A stretch of DNA of 64,000 bases. Source: Gonapodya sp. JEL0774 (Eukaryota). The DNA lies in contig JADIIX010000008.1 in NCBI GenBank assembly GCA_027604505.1, forward strand, positions 62,001 to 126,000, read 5' to 3'. This document shows, piece after piece, positions 39,504 to 55,161 of this stretch. Every line of letters begins with the position of its first letter. Position 1 is the first letter of the stretch. The notes beneath the pieces were generated by a model that had not been told where the DNA came from, did not search any database, and worked only from the letters and a program-made list of their open reading frames with translations. The position numbers were made by a program, and so were the translations under genes.

Positions 39504-40560
39504 AATGGACATCGATCCCGACCCGGCATCAGTAGCCAGCGTCCCACCGCCTGGACCACTGCAGAGAGAACTGCTTTATAGACCTTGGGTGCTCCTGAAG
39601 TACCAGTAAGCTACTCAACTCGCTTTGCCGGTTTCCCGGGAACCTTTTCATGCGATCCCCGCCGTGATTCGTGCAGAAAGAAAGACTACCTAGCGTACGC
39701 TGTGAGTACAGGGCCTGATGGAATGGTACTCGCGTCGCGTCGTCGAATGAAACTGTGTTGTTCGCTCCCGATCACTATGTGACAATGAATGTATCCATGA
39801 GAGATACCCAGCCATATCTACAGCTGGTATCACAGACACAAGTACAAGAGCCGAAAAGATGCAGCACCTTTGGGAGATGGTTTCACGTATCACAACTTTC
39901 ATGATGGAGAGCTGTAAGTATTGGACGAGAACTTTTCTATCATCGGGTGGATCACCTTTGCATTTATACATACATGCCACCAATTGTGTTGAACGCAATC
40001 AGCTACGAGGATTTGGCATCTGAAATAACGCACGTTGATTTTGCGACAATGGACAAAGATCGTCTGCGACGTGCCAAAGGGTATGACTCTGCTCAACCGT
40101 GAGTATAATCTTCCTTTCAGGTACCTCGAGTATACTAATATATTACTGTAGGTACTTTGGGCGACCAGATGATGAGCTCTTGCCTTTGTTTGCTGCCGAA
40201 TTCTGGACAGAAGGTGTCAGTCAACGTTGACACTGCCATCAAGTTCATCTCTAATTTGTTTCGAATACTGCGCCAGCTTGCGAGCGATGTGACGGGCTTG
40301 GTGTAGAAGTCACCTATGTTGACCCTCCTCTTCGAGTGGGGCGCCTCCTACCCGACATCTTAAGTTCACGATCCAGGCGGATGGACCCCTCTTCAGCGGA
40401 CGCACCTCTTTGCGAAGGGCCTCAGAAAGTAGAGTCAAAATGCAGAGATTGCATGGGTTCGGGATTGAAAAGAGACAGGAACGAAGGTAGGCCCCAAATT
40501 CTGTTTCCGACAGACCATCACCTGTTTCATTCTCTACGGGACAGGTCGAAAACGACGCAG
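39504..40560 (+). pseudogene. Hypothetical or degenerate gene, possibly a CACTA/EnSpm-like transposase relic
   Basis: Coding-like segments (WYHRHKY..YHNFHDGELYEDL..., YFGRPDDELLPLFAAEFWTE) are separated by splice-like sites, but a consistent frame could not be built. The resemblance to a transposase motif is from memory and weak. Confidence 0.25.
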
Positions 40561-40921
40561 GCTTGGTTGACCATTCGAAGGAATTTAATTGATTTTAGTC
40601 AATGTTGTACATTATTAAATCGGTATCCCAAGCAAGTATGGAGGTCAGCCCTTTTGCAACAAGAATTGGAAGTAAGTTGTAATATACTAGTAGGAGATGT
40701 GCGTGTAAGCAAAGTGGGTAGAAGATGAGAGATAAAAAAATCAATGGCGTTGTGCCATTCGTGCAAAGTAAGGTGGCGTTTGTGCAAGTACAGGTGGCTT
40801 TACGTGATCACGGTGATGAAACGATCGCAGGACATTGGATTGGTCTGAAGGTGCGTGTGAGTGTACCGACATCCAGTTCCATACAAATTCCACTTGCTCC
40901 CGCGATGAGTAGATCCAGATC

Positions 40922-42986
40922 TTACAGTTCCTCGGGGTGCACTTCACCAAAAGGCAACCACCCTAGGGCGATGAACCAATCGTATATTTTGGCAGTCTGC
41001 GGTGGAAGTATGCAACACGGTCAGACGCTGGGCAGTCCTATTTACATCAAATGAGATCAACATCATCATCTTACCTTATTTACATCCACTCGGCACATTT
41101 TTTGCGCTTCCCGTTTCTTGAAAAAGCCACGGGTCTCCTTTGCAGTGAGAAGTGTCTCCTTAATTTTGAGATATTGTTCAGGGTACAAGCGTAGAATGGA
41201 GCAAATGCGCTTTTCTTCCACTGTTAAGAGATTGTAGCCGATCATGTCCGGAGTTACCGGGAGTGGGGTTCCTGCAAAGGGAAAGCAGCCACAGGTTAAG
41301 TTGCACTCCGTCCATTTCCCTCACCAAGCAGCGCTCACCTTTCCAAGACACCATGGGCGCACCAGCGGTATCTTCGGGCCTACTCTGCAGTCTGGCTAGA
41401 GCAGCCAACGAACCTTTCCTCTGGGCTTCCGTGAGGTTATCGCCTTCTGATGCTTCCCCGTTACCACCAGCTACCGAGTTTATCAAATCAGCAATGCCAG
41501 CCAGGCCAGTAACATTGACAGCTCCCTGATGGAGCGCTATAGCGGCTACACGGGTCAAGTTGGGTTTGCGGCCACGCCTTTTCGGCATTTTTGTGAGCGC
41601 AGTTCCTGATAATTGGTCGTCTGAAAGAGAATCACGCCGCGTTTCGCTACCGGAGCTGGCCAGCTCGTGCTCAGTGCTGTCATAGCCCATCATTCTCCCG
41701 TCCTCGCTCGGGTTACGCAGTGCGACAATATCTTGAGAGCCAACCACGGACCCAAAGTGGCGCTGCCGACTACGGCTCGACGTAAGTACGATCTCTCCCG
41801 AGGGCGTGCGCTGCTGGTATAAGACATTGTGCAGAGCGCGATCTGGACGCTCTAAAGTACGGTCCCTATCTCTTTCCCGATCCCGCTCCCGTTCTCGATC
41901 ACGACGTTCTTTATCACGACGGGCGCGATTTTCCTTCACCTCGCGAGCAGTCGTCGCTGGGCGGCTGTCAGCGGGCTCAATCCAGCGCTCGAGGGTCCGA
42001 GTCTTAATCTCCCTCAAGCGCTTTTGAAGCTTTTTGTCGTAAAGAAGGGTCCGGGGCCTCACACGATACATGTGAAACACGTCAAGCTTAATGACACTCT
42101 GGATCAATTGTGGAGGTTCTGGCGACATCTCCAGAATAGTCGGCAGTTGCAAACTAGCTTCGGGAACTGTCACAATCTCCTTCTCCCCATCAAGGCCACC
42201 AATAGAAGCGGAGAGCTCTCTGAATCCAGGATTCGGTGAAGAGCGTGAGGGAGATCGAAACGGTTTCGCAGACTTGCGTCTGGGGGGTGCACCGGCTGAT
42301 GCTGCTGTTGCTTCCCGATCTGAGTTACGACCCTCGCCATTAGTTCCACAGTCACTTTCACTGCCGCTACGACGTTTATTAGTTCGAGCCAAAGTAGCTT
42401 CAGGCTCCGGGGAGCTGACGCGAGACGGAAAAAGAGAAGGCTGAGAAGTAGGAAGAGGTGGATACGGCCCTCCCGGAGGAGAGGAGGAAGAAGGTAGGTA
42501 ATCAGGAGAAGGTTTGCGATTCGGGACCGCAGTCGATGTAGAGCTCATATCGAAGTCACGCGGAACGGTGGTAGGCGCGTTGGGAACGAGGTGACTCTGT
42601 TGCCCGACAAATGACGCAAAAGGGAGATCAGGAGGCGACTTCCATGTTTGTAGCGGTACGCCTAGAGTACCCTGAGTCCTGTCATATGGGATGTCTGTGG
42701 AACGCAACTTTGCATGCACGGTTTGCTGGGTTCCGATCAGTAAAGCTGACGCAGGACTGCTAAAATTTGTTGAATTATAAGCAAAAGAAGGTACATTGAG
42801 TTGCGGTGGGAGCGGTTGGGCCGTTGATGGTTGCAAAGGCGGCAAGTTTGACAATTGTGGTGGATTCTGCGAAAGCTGGTTCGGCGCTAAGTTGATAACA
42901 TGATGATCCATCAAAGAGTGAGGCGTCTGGTGCGCATATAGACTGGTCATGGAGCTGATGGGGCTCTGTCGCGCAACGAGAGACAT
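40922..42986 (-). CDS. SWIRM-domain protein (YOR338W/Fun19-like)
   Basis: C-terminal VSWKG|TPL..GYNLLTVEEKRICSILRLYPEQYLKIKETLL..FKKREAQKMCRVDVNK|TAKIYDWFIALGW, preceded by a long disordered N-terminus. Confidence 0.85.
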
Positions 42987-43918
42987 TGAATAGGGTCCAA
43001 CCTTCGGAACCCACACGAGCTTCAAGCAATGGAGCTCACTCACTGGAGTATAAGGGAATGGCTGTATGCAAAGTAGAAAAGTATTTACAAAAAAGCGGCC
43101 GAGCCAGAGCGGCACAGACATTGGGAGAAGCAATTAAGCATGGAAGGCTGCTTCGCAAAGCTTCCCCCGATCGAGAATGAATCAAGGGTGACGCACCTGC
43201 CCAAGCGATGCAGGAAATAAACGATCTATATAGTGATGATTGTATGGATAGAACGGGGGATGAGGATGGGCCATCTCGAATTTGTTCTTTTGGTTGGCGG
43301 AATTTCGCCCTTCGTGTTTGCCTCCTCATTGTACCACATCCCTTTGCATAATCCCGGACCGACATTTTTCACCCCGTGTAGCATGTAGACCGCATCCTGT
43401 GACTTAAATATAGAGCTAAAACGTAGTAGAGCTGTTTCCGGCAGCTCTAGCACCCCTAACAGTGATTCTACCTGGAGCTGTTTGGGGATTCAAATGCAAA
43501 GTTTTCCTTCCTGAGAACCATGGTTTTGCAATCTCTCGTTCCATATCGAGAGAGCATGGATAATAGTGGGGTACTGCGACTGCATGTGATTGCATGCGGA
43601 GAGAGGCCTCGGGAGAACCTCATGCGAAGCACTGGACGCATGAATTTAAGAGTTGGTTTGTGCAAACTTCGAGTATTGCGTTGTCGTGGTACTGTATAGG
43701 CAGGAATGGCAGCGCTTGCTTCGCGGCTTACGGAAATGAGTGTTCATTTCACCAAGTCTCAACAGAATTTGATCGTTGTGCTTACACAATGAGAAAAACT
43801 TAAAAAGGGAGCCATCATTCTTGGTGGACAAACTGATATCATGGCGGTGAAAATTAATACATATGTACATAAAGAATGACTGTGTGTTTGGTTCCGAGCT
43901 GTACACCATTTGAAACAG

Positions 43919-45869
43919 ATGGCAACCGACTCAACACCAGCCATTGCCTATGGCATATCTCCGCAAAGTGAATCATCTTCGTGTCTTGTAACCGAACTGC
44001 AGCACACAGTTCCATCGGGTGTCAAACTAGCAGGAAGGGTTTGGGGAAGCTCTCCGGAGTCATGTCAAGTTCGTATTCTCGCGTTGCATGGCTGGCTAGG
44101 TGAATGTCAATCGTGAAATTATCGCTTTGTATGGATTTATATGACTGAATCGAGTATGATACAGATAACGCGGCCACTTACGACCTTATGGCACCTCGAT
44201 TGCTCGACATTTTCAAAGCTGCTGGTCACTCCGATGTTTGCTTTGTCGCACTCGACCTTGCTGGACAGTGAGTCAAAGTTCCCGGATTCGAAAGTTTCCC
44301 AACGCATTCCCATTATGTATCAAACTCTGTCGACTCTGGCTGCTTCAGTGGCCAATCTTCGCACGTGAGTTCTCACGGAGACACTTTGCCGGTGTAGATA
44401 ACAAATTAATGTCTACCAGTGGGTATTGTAGCGACCGCCAGAGGTGTTGTACTATTTGTAAGTGACTTCAAGGGGCGGTCCCACGAAGTGTCCCTATCGA
44501 GTGGGCAGCTGACCCTGCTTCCACCCAACTCACACACAACTTCATCACAGATGGGACTACATCGTAAGTTCAAATCGATGAGTTGTCTTTTCTATTGAAG
44601 GCAGTTTTCTTCGCTTCAACTGCTGGGCATTTCCCCCTCTCTGTGGTGCAGGACGATCTCCTCGGATTCGCAGACGAAGCACTTGGTTGGGACACGTTCC
44701 AAGTGGGTATTTGCGCCACGCTGCTCCCGCCTGTCCTCTTGCCAATGGGGCCTTGTCTATATTTTCTTGGCATATGTGTCGAAACTTAGCTAATGGGGCA
44801 CTCAATGGGAGGACATGTCAGCTTGATGTTCGCAGCTGCGTATCCTGAACGAGTAGAGAAACTAACCCTCATTGAGAGCTTGGGTCCACTCGGGGTCCCT
44901 AACGAAGATCACACTGCGCACTTGAGGGATTATGTCAGCCGGTGAGTTTTGAACGTTTTTGCCTTAGCATGCTTTCACGTGTCAAAGTATTGTCCTGATA
45001 TCATGAGCCTATTCACACTCGGAGACGTCGCGCCATTCTTTCGACTGGTCCGTCTCGCAAGCCGACCTACAGTTCCGTAGACGAAGCAGCTCACGTTCGG
45101 GGATCGCGAGGAATCACATATCTATCGGACGAGGCCGCTCGAATACTATGCACTCGAGGGTTGGAGACTGTCAAAACACCGACTAGTCGGAGACCGAGCT
45201 TGGGGCCGGCGAGCGCTACATCGGCGGCGGCGGCGGTGCAAGATAAAGTCAAATACACCGTGAGTGTATTGAGCCGTGGGCTGCCGTAGGTTTAGTACCG
45301 TAATTTTGACGTTTTCGATTCAAATCGGGAACTCCACACATGAATCTCGCCTCGAAAACACGACTATTTGTCATTTTAATGTGATTTCATACGCCCTTTC
45401 CGAAATCATACAAAACAGTGGACAACAGATGCCAAGTTAATGTTGCGACCCCCCTTCCGTTGGTCAGCCGAGGCCGTTGCATCGTATATTTCTGTGAGTT
45501 CGTGCTTGATTTCATGTTCTTCATGTCCGTTTTAGAACATCCATCTGCTTTGTTGCAGTCAATCTCATGCCCGACATGCCTTGTGTTCGGCAAATCTTCG
45601 TCACTCTTCCAGAATTTACACTCGGGTCCACTTCGAGAAAGAATCAATTCTTTCATAAGGGCCGAACTCAAAATGGTCGCTGGGGGTCACCACCCACACG
45701 TGAGATCGGGATTCGTGTTTGATTTGTCCGGGTCCCTCACTGACGTGATCGGAGTTGCACAACATTTTGTTCCTTTCTTCAGCTGGAACCTGAAACTGTT
45801 GTTGAATGTGTACAAGCAGTGGCACAATTTTCCTTGGTGGAATCGCTTACATCCAATTTAGATGCGTAA
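43919..45869 (+). CDS. Alpha/beta-fold hydrolase (serine hydrolase-like, SERHL-type)
   Basis: LALHGWLDNAATY, VALDLAGH, nucleophile elbow GHSMGG, YPERVEKLTLIE, GGHHPH. A short upstream exon is possible. Confidence 0.85.
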
Positions 45870-46173
45870 TGTCTGGAAAATACAGATGACTAAATTTTGA
45901 TTTGTCCGGAACCTGCGGCAGGTATAACGTCGATTCGCTCGATGGAATTTTGAGCCTGCCGGTGTTAGACATCTGAAAAAGTCCGAGATGTTCGAATAGA
46001 TGAATGAACAGCTGAACTGTCCCAACTGGAAATCGAAGTTGATTTGACTTTCGATCTCCTTCGGGAGGCACGCGGAAAACGTCGATCAGGGTTCAGTGCG
46101 GCGAGGCAGGTTGGTCAAGTTCGGCGAGTTCAAGAACTGCAACTCAACGGCACAATTTATTTTCTTTTCGACA

Positions 46174-47481
46174 ATGGTCATTCCGTCGATGCGAGACACG
46201 CAACGGAATCCAAAAGATGACAATCGTACCCGGTGCTGGATGCACAGCGCGGCCAGCGAACAGTCTTCAGACGACCACGTCCTCCCTCTCACCCCGGACT
46301 CTGAACACGAAACGCCTGCTTCTTCCAGTCTCTCTTCAAGCGTCCATCGTAGGCATATGACGCAAGAGCGACCCATCGATGATGATGAGCGCGAACAGAC
46401 TGATGCTCCAGTATCAAAACGGGCAAAGTTGATGAAGAACACTGTTGCAAAATCATTGGACGACTGCGGTGCCACAAAAAGAACTCGGCCGACATCACTT
46501 TGCGTAGCCATTCCTCGGCGACAACGGAAGGGTCAATCTCCTGCCCGCGGAAGAGATGCCAAGCGTGGACATCTCCATCTCAGTATCACCACTACGCCCT
46601 CTTCGTTTGAATCCAGAGAAGAAAACACCTGCTCCTCACATGCCGTGCGGTCTATTCTTTCTTCGACAACCATGGCTTGGTCACCGTCTCCCCCAAGCCT
46701 GGAACCCGAGGGACCGTGCATGGGTTTCCCTGTAGACATGTACGTAGCGAGTGGGCCGGTTGCTATCATTCCTGGTCTCCTCTACCTGGGATCGGAATCA
46801 TCCGTGATGTGCACGGAGTCACTTCGGCGGTTAGGTGTCAAAGCGGTGAGTCACCAGAAGGTTCCTCAAAAAGGGGACTTCAACGACGATACTGACTTCT
46901 TCAACACTCGGCAACAGATTGTCAACGCAGCCTCTGAAATCCATCGGCGGCCTACCTTACTCCATGACACTGAAACTGGTTCTTTCCTCCATGGCCACTA
47001 CTTACACTACCCGCTCACTCACCACTTCACCGTATCTCACATCGAACCTCCCTCCCCTGGCCGCTCTCCCGTCTCCCCGACCTCCTTTGTCGCATTCGTA
47101 AAATCTCACCTCACCGCATCACCTCCCCGGCCGGTTCTGGTCCACTGTCAAATGGGCAGAACCCGATCCGCGGCGTTGATCATTCTGTATCTGATGGCGA
47201 CTCTGGGCTGGTCCCGGAAACGAGCGACCGCACATTTGGAGGAAGTCTCGGGTGGTCGGGTCGATGTTGGAATCACCGGGTGTGGATGGTTGATAGAGAT
47301 GGAACAGTTGCTTGCCGGCGAAGGTCTAAATCAGGTTGTGTTCGAGACGATCTCACGGGAGCTTGAAACAAGGGTACTACCAGTACTCGGCGCTGGCGCT
47401 GCGTACACTATGTCTTGCAGTATGAGCACAGATGGACTGGGGCCTCCAGCCACACCGTTGACCCCGACTGCAGCGTATTGA
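46174..47481 (+). CDS. Dual-specificity protein phosphatase (MAP-kinase-phosphatase-like)
   Basis: GPVAIIPGLLYLGS, IVNAASE, catalytic VLVHCQMGRTRSAALIILYLM. Confidence 0.85.
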   Translation: MVIPSMRDTQRNPKDDNRTRCWMHSAASEQSSDDHVLPLTPDSEHETPASSSLSSSVHRRHMTQERPIDDDEREQTDAPVSKRAKLMKNTVAKSLDDCGATKRTRPTSLCVAIPRRQRKGQSPARGRDAKRGHLHLSITTTPSSFESREENTCSSHAVRSILSSTTMAWSPSPPSLEPEGPCMGFPVDMYVASGPVAIIPGLLYLGSESSVMCTESLRRLGVKAVSHQKVPQKGDFNDDTDFFNTRQQIVNAASEIHRRPTLLHDTETGSFLHGHYLHYPLTHHFTVSHIEPPSPGRSPVSPTSFVAFVKSHLTASPPRPVLVHCQMGRTRSAALIILYLMATLGWSRKRATAHLEEVSGGRVDVGITGCGWLIEMEQLLAGEGLNQVVFETISRELETRVLPVLGAGAAYTMSCSMSTDGLGPPATPLTPTAAY

Positions 47482-47756
47482 GGGCACATTTTGTCCTTCC
47501 TGACATTCTTGAAAAGCTAGCGGGATCTAGTCTTTGAAATTGCTTCCACGCACACATGTAGATTGAACACAATATCACACTCTTGCATTATTGTAACTTT
47601 AACCCCCTCACACACTTTCCCTGGGAATCATACACTGGAAAGCCTGAGCTATACGCACTTCCCTCCAGATACTGCGAGCGAAGCTATTGCTATTTGCGTT
47701 CAGCTCTAGAGTTCAATACAAAAAACCCCGCAAACGGTAATAACTTCACAATGGTA

Positions 47757-50299
47757 TCACGAATTCTCACATTCTACTGAGAATGCACTTTCCGCTACTA
47801 GTAGGTGGTTAGGATCGTATCGGACCTCTGGCGTTTCCAACCTGACACGAACTTTCCAATGGCCCACTGCGAAATTTGTTGGCAGAGTCCAATTGGTTAA
47901 GCCCAAAAGCTCCTTGATGTGAGCTCCATTACGATACCAGGAAACGTAGTACGTCTCATTGCTCACTTGCCGAGAGGTTGAAAAATCCGCGGAGGAGCGG
48001 CGGAACTGAGCAAAGGGCAACAAATGGAGGGTAACTGTTGTCGGGCGGGCTTGATCGACATAAGCTCCATTCTTTGCGTGCTTGCATGGCGTGTCCACCA
48101 CCACCTCGTCAATCAGGGTCACACGCTGTAGGAATTGCATCCACATCCCTTCTTTGCAAACGGAGCAAAACTGTGGGGATGCCATATTTCGCATCAAGCA
48201 TTTCTCGTTGGAAGGCCGGTACGTTTTGCGGTTAGAGATTGACCAAGTGGGGTAGGCAGAGATGTGTTCCGAATCCCAAACAAACTCGGACTCTGATCCG
48301 TACTCAATCATTGTGACTGAGCAAAGCTGGTGTATGGGGCGACTGGAATTCCGGTGTTTCTTGTTAATAGCTGTAGCAGAAAGTCGGAACTCAAAATTAT
48401 GTGGTCCTGCATTGAGTGGAGAAGTGAAGTTGTAAACATCGTAGAAGCTATGCGTGGGATCCGTCAGATGGCAGAGAGTTAGCGAAGACCGAGGTGCTGG
48501 ATGCATCATGCGCTCTGTTACCATCGATCTAATATACCGCAAGAATTCCACGGCATGGGTTGGCCGTCGAGCAGTACTTCGAGGTCCCCATCCTCCTGTT
48601 ACAGGCGGCGGCATTCAAGCATGCATCATCCTCCAAATCTCGGTTTAAGTGAGTCAAAAAAATAACTTACCATCCCACTCGCCGAAAACCGCATCAGGTA
48701 TCGCGCAAAGGTTCCATCGCTGGTTCATTCGGGTTGGTCGTCGTTCGCGTCGTAATTTATGGAATGCACCGGGTGACAAACCAGCTTACCTCACAAAGTG
48801 GAGTCTATAGGGCCCATTCGCAAGGTTGTACCAGGAATAATCTTGAATTTTGAGCTGAGATCGTTGTTCAACTATGCCGGCAGCACCATTGGTGAGCCAG
48901 TGTGCCCAGCCGATCGAGGCCAAGGACCGCGCCGCATTGACCCCCTCATATACATAGCCGCCGTCTGCCGATTCCGTTGATTATCGATGAGATGGTTTTG
49001 AGATGGATGACTCGTTGGGTTACTGGAATTCTCAATCAATCTCACCATACTCTTCCCCAACCTGAACAAAGTTGTGTCCCATTTCGTGGCGTAGAACTAT
49101 AGTGCCTGAAGTGGGCGATCGCGTTGATATGACAAATTCCCCACCCAGTCCTCCGTAGAAGTCATCGTTCCTGTATTATGAGAGGAGCAAGTGAAAAAAG
49201 AGGAAAACCCTCGCAACACATAATAATCAGAGAGAATATTTACCCAATAATAGTGGGATAATCACACGCCTGAGCGCCGACGCTTCGGCATGCTTGGCGG
49301 GCTTGGCGAGGTTTAGAGCTATTGAATGTAACATCAACACGAGCATAGATTACATCAATATTGCGCTGTCGAAATACCACACATGTCACTAACCAATAGA
49401 TTCCGCGAAGTTCGGTCCCATCTCTATAAAGGCCAAACGCAGTGTTCTTAGGTGTTCCGCCAGTTCCTATTCCACTCTCCTTGCTTGGCCGGAACACAGC
49501 CCATAGGTTAAAAAAAGGTAGCACGGATCGAAAAGTTTCTCCAGCAAACATGTCGGCAACCAGACGATGCATATCCTCGATGAAACGTTGGCGCTCGGTA
49601 ATAGTATAACCGTCGCCGATGAAGACCACGTCGATGCGGTTGGAGGGCGGACCAGATTTAATTATGGGAATCTGTTCGCGTAATCATTCATTGAGTGCTC
49701 ATGAGCTTCCATGTGCGAATACATCGCGAACTTCGCTCGCTCAAACACCAACCACTTCGTCGTCGTCGTCGTCGTCCGGTTTTTTCTTGAGAATCGCATC
49801 ATCGTCTATTATATCCTCAGTTAGAATGGTGCACATGGAATCGACTGTCTGTTGAACCTTCGCGACGTTCCTCCCCACGACCTCAATGACAGTTTCCACT
49901 TGGGCTTGCTCGCCAGGGCATTCTCGATCCCGAATGCGGGGAGTCTCAAATAAGCGCACCTGGTCGTCGTGAACGAGGAGACGGTGAGCCTGTACCAAGC
50001 TCAAAGAGGATATAATCGTGCATGAAGTGCCCGATCGAATCAGTGAAATCCCGTAGAAGGAATGGACGGAAGGATTCGCCAGGCTGTTCTGACCACCTAA
50101 GAACTCAGATTGCTGCAGCGGTAACTGCGCGCGAGAGGGATGGCTTGAAAATATAGGCAGCGCGGGGGGTCAGCTGGACTATATTGTCAGGGAGAGCAAT
50201 AGAGACTGCCGACCTGGCAAGAGAAGAATAAGCAAAAAGACAAACAGCGGCTACAGCAACGAGACAGGGCACCCCGTGCGTCGGTCGCCGCCACCTCAT
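47757..50299 (-). CDS. Peptidase M64 (IgA-peptidase-like) zinc metalloprotease, secreted or N-anchored
   Basis: GPPSNRIDVVFIGDGYT, FRSVLPFFNLWAVF..S.ESGIG, GNDDFYGGLGG, LRHEMGHNF...GEEY, YRPSNEKCLMRNMASPQFCSVCKE, plus a hydrophobic N-terminal segment. Confidence 0.85.
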
Positions 50300-50625
50300 G
50301 ACCACCAGTCAAGATGGACTCGGATTCTGATGCACCCGAAGATTCAGACCTCTAGTATGCTGGACCGCACGATTCCCCGAAACCAGAACTATTGTAGTAA
50401 TTCTGCTTCCGTGAAAACGACTGCCAGAACAGCAAAATCAAAAATTTAACATCATCAAATCGAACGCCGAATTAACTATGTTGCACGTGCACGATCAGTT
50501 TCTCAATTGCAATTAGTTTATGCTGTACAAATTCGCATGGATATTCTGAACCTCTGGAACCAGAATACCAACCAGAAGACAGACTGATTTTATTCTATGT
50601 CTGCGCCATTTGTGGCGCGGTCGAC

Positions 50626-50631
50626 TATAAA
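50626..50631 (+). promoter_or_regulatory. Candidate TATA box of alpha-tubulin
   Basis: TATAAA ~145 bp upstream of the ATG at 50774. Confidence 0.4.
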
Positions 50632-50773
50632 TGCTGCACATTCACTCTGTCCCTCGTCCCAACCAAAGAACACGCCCGGCAGCTCCACCTCACGGAAAAG
50701 CCTGACGTTTACCCAAACTTACCTTAATCGACTCTACTCCCTCTCCAGCTCTTTCTTTCACCCTCTCTGAGCC

Positions 50774-53028
<2,255 letters not shown>

Positions 53029-53201
53029 ATGTTATCCTCTTAATTCATTCTGTATTCGACCGTTGAAATAAATACGGTGACTCTCAATTGCCTTGCGGCG
53101 GGATGTTTTCAGGTGACGTGTTTTGACGGGACTGTCCTTTCTGCCATAGTAGGTCGGTGTGTCACGTTCGCAAATCCCCCAAATGCGATAATTACAGATC
53201 C

Positions 53202-55004
53202 ATGCAATCCACGATTGTTCTCATTCCTGGTCGCGCAATGCCCGTCTGCGGCGGAGGCCTTTTCGCTGTCAGAATCCGAACAACATCTCTCGCTCCCATC
53301 GCTCTTCCATCAACCCATCGTCACTTGTCACAGCTAGGATCTGTTGATTTACAATGCCGCTTCGTTGCACAGCCAATCAGGAATCAGAATCCCGTCCTTC
53401 TGGAATCTCGCAGAAAGGGACCACAATCCACTCTGTTTCGACACACAGAAGTCATTATTCTGAAAGTATCAAGAGAATATGCGACGGGAAGTGCAGCTAT
53501 TGAGCATTGGAGCACGGGACCAGTTAAAAAGACCTCTGACATTTCAAATCAGGCGTTCAGAAGTTTGAACGCGGAAGACGCTAAAAAGGTGCTTCTGCTT
53601 GCCCCTGGAATCGAAGAATCTCCAGCGAGCTCCAAATCGAGACCCAAGGAATCAAACCCTGGACTTCGCAGTGGTATTCCACCACCACGCTTGTTTGCAA
53701 CTGGTCCGCAGAAGATACAAGCTACGATATTGGACAATCAAGGCGTTGTGCAGCAGGTATCTGGGGACTTGCCCAAAACAGAGTTGCTCGCTTCGTGGGG
53801 AATCCAGCCCCGAGACTTGAGAAAGATTGCGCCGGACCAACACCTCTCGCCTGACATTCTAGTTCGTGACCGCGCAATTGTCATCAGCCTACTGCATGCG
53901 AGAGCTGTCGTAACGTTCGAAAAGGTGTTCCTCGTACCGCCTCTGGATCGATCGGAAATTTCCAATGTGAACCTCCTCTTGTACGAACTGGAGGCTGCCA
54001 CTCGCCATCCTTCTCGAGAACCCTTTGAGTTTCGCGTATTGGAGGCTGTTTTAATCTCAGTTGTGAGAAGCCTCCAGCATGAACTGGAAGATAAACATGT
54101 GCGGCGAATAGCCACTATCCTTGAGCGGTTGGAAGTCCGAGTGGAAGCAAACAGTTTGAAAGGTCAGCGCGTCGTGTTTTCGAAACTTGTATGTTCGTCG
54201 GGCAATCGGCCTTCGTGTACCTCTTTCACAAATTCCGAACGCGTTTTGTCCACCAACTCCACAGAACTGCTCATTGTGAGCAAGGAATTCTCAAGCTTTG
54301 GACAAAAAGCTAACAGTGTTTACCTCACTCTGCAAGAGGTACTTCTGAAGTAAGAGAGCAGTCCCATTCACCAACTCTCGTGGACTCACGAATGTGTTTA
54401 TTCCTTCAGTGACGAAGATCTCGCGGGCCTTTTCCTAACTGCAAAGCAACTGCAGAAACCGCGCGCTATTTCAGATCACTGGGAGGCGGAACTTTTGCTG
54501 GAGACTTATCTCAAGCAATTGGAGGAAATCGTACGGCGATACGAGGAGGTGCGGGACCATGTCAAGCATACAGAGGATGTTGTTGGGATTGTTTTGGACA
54601 GCGTGCGAAATGATCTTCTCGTTTTTGAAATGAAGCTCATCACTGCAACGACGGGTGGGTGTGTTTTAAAAGGGTACCAGAACCTCGGCAATTCTCATGC
54701 CTTTGATCGTTGCAGGTATCGCTTGTGGCTCCCTCATAGCATCAGCTTTTGGCATGAATTTGGTGAACTCTATGGAGAACTCCAACATCGCATTTCTCGT
54801 GGTGTCTGCTCTGGGTCTAAGCACCGTCCTCGGTGGTGAGTTGCTGAACAATTCGTACTCTCTGCACCGCCTTCATATATTTAGTGGGTCTCCTTGCTTG
54901 CCATCGTAGTGTGGATCCGATTACGATTCCAGCTGAACCGCATTGCAAGTTCGGGTTTAGGGAGGGATTGGTCACGTCGAGACCACACTGTTTTGAGACA
55001 TTAG
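53202..55004 (+). CDS. MRS2: Mitochondrial CorA-family Mg2+ transporter
   Basis: GIQPRDLRKI, ILVR..AIVISL, PFEFRVLEAVL, ELLLETY, LDSVRNDLL, FGMNL signature. Confidence 0.88.
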
Positions 55005-55161
55005 CATTACTAGATCGTATTTTAGATATCCATTAGCACACGTATTTGCACAAGGTTGAGTTCCTTCACAAATAGTTGACCCTTGTTTGTATATTTGCCC
55101 CCAACGCCCAGCTGCGAACTTTCGCATCTGTTGGTTGCCATTCTCCTTACCGAACTTTACC

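Noticed and set aside
50602..50620. GCGCCA..TGGCGC E2F-like palindrome in the tubulin promoter (similar one at ~20038)
   Set aside because: It is short, GC-rich and does not match the full TTTSSCGC consensus, so it cannot be supported from sequence alone.
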